Assembly: GCA_964636355.1 (NCBI GenBank)
Contig: CAZWRG010000004.1
Span: 1 to 60,368, forward strand
Direction: 5' to 3'
DNA: 60,368 nucleotides
From: an uncultured Candidatus Saccharibacteria bacterium
GTDB lineage: Bacteria > Patescibacteriota > Saccharimonadia > Saccharimonadales > JAGQNK01
In this document: positions 60,150 through 60,368 of the stretch, in pieces
Numbering within the stretch: the stretch's first letter is position 1
Layout of the letters: each line of letters starts with the position of its first letter
Notes under the pieces: generated by a model
Told to the model about the DNA's origin: nothing
Databases searched by the model: none
What the model saw: only the letters and a program-made list of their open reading frames with translations
Position numbers and translations under genes: made by a program

Positions 60150-60368
60150 CTATTTTATTATATCTTTTACGATTTCTACCACCTGAGCCGGCGTATGATG
60201 AGCCTTAACGATATATCTATCAACATTCAAAAAACGAAGCCCATGCGGCGCTTCGTCTTTGCTCAAGTTGGTTAGTACTACCACCCTAATATTAGCTCCC
60301 CAATCTGTTTGCCTGAGTTTTTCCAGCATCTCGTCACCATTCATCTCTGGCATCATCAGATCAAGCAG
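60150..60368 (-). CDS. Second stand-alone receiver-domain protein (N-terminus beyond the window edge)
   Basis: LLDLMMPEMNGDEMLEKLRQTDWGANIRVVVLTN. It is a tandem paralog of 59756..60127. Confidence 0.8.
   Translation of the reverse strand: MLDLMMPEMNGDEMLEKLRQTDWGANIRVVVLTNLSKDEAPHGLRFLNVDRYIVKAHHTPAQVVEIVKDIIK

Overview
This 60.4-kb window has about 45% GC and is densely packed with short intergenic spacers. The organism looks like a small-genome monoderm bacterium. It carries ComEC, a secretin-less type IV pilus, a sortase, a minimal Mur pathway and several fused genes. That mix suggests a CPR/Patescibacteria genome, most likely Saccharibacteria (TM7). This is inference from gene content only, because no database search was possible. 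I support about 70 CDS, 7 tRNA genes plus one tRNA relic, one candidate RNase P RNA, and several promoters and terminators. The core blocks are: comEC-yebC; ruvCAB; a type IV pilus locus (pilMNO, three minor pilins, pilA, pilC, pilB); recA-recX; tsaEB; rny; tatAC; murA/glyA/murB; folC-DHFR; folD; murI/murD. The accessory part (2.7-14.9 kb) is a cell-surface cluster. It holds WxL-like/DUF916-like proteins, an orphan phage-tail-fibre-like SGNH protein with a LamG partner, a lamin-tail-domain protein with five Cys-pair repeats, and a 1107-aa SGNH protein. The signals I rate most worth follow-up are these. (1) A roughly 130-nt covarying two-hairpin RNA element, with its own promoter, sits directly 5' of three tRNA genes (179-324, 40320-40470, 53060-53188). 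(2) Two paralogous 61-73-aa proteins consist almost only of a Tat-like signal (MTRKEFL) plus a GYG...GG tail. One heads the signal-less tail-fibre/LamG operon and the other sits beside tatAC. (3) An 0.8-kb single-gene islet is bracketed by a duplicated tRNA-Arg 3' end and terminator. (4) A CYTH/2H-phosphoesterase pair lies with an HNH nuclease between tRNA genes. (5) A tRNA-Gly(UCC) lacks G18G19 and C56. All functional calls rest on motifs I recognise by eye and need HMM or BLAST confirmation.
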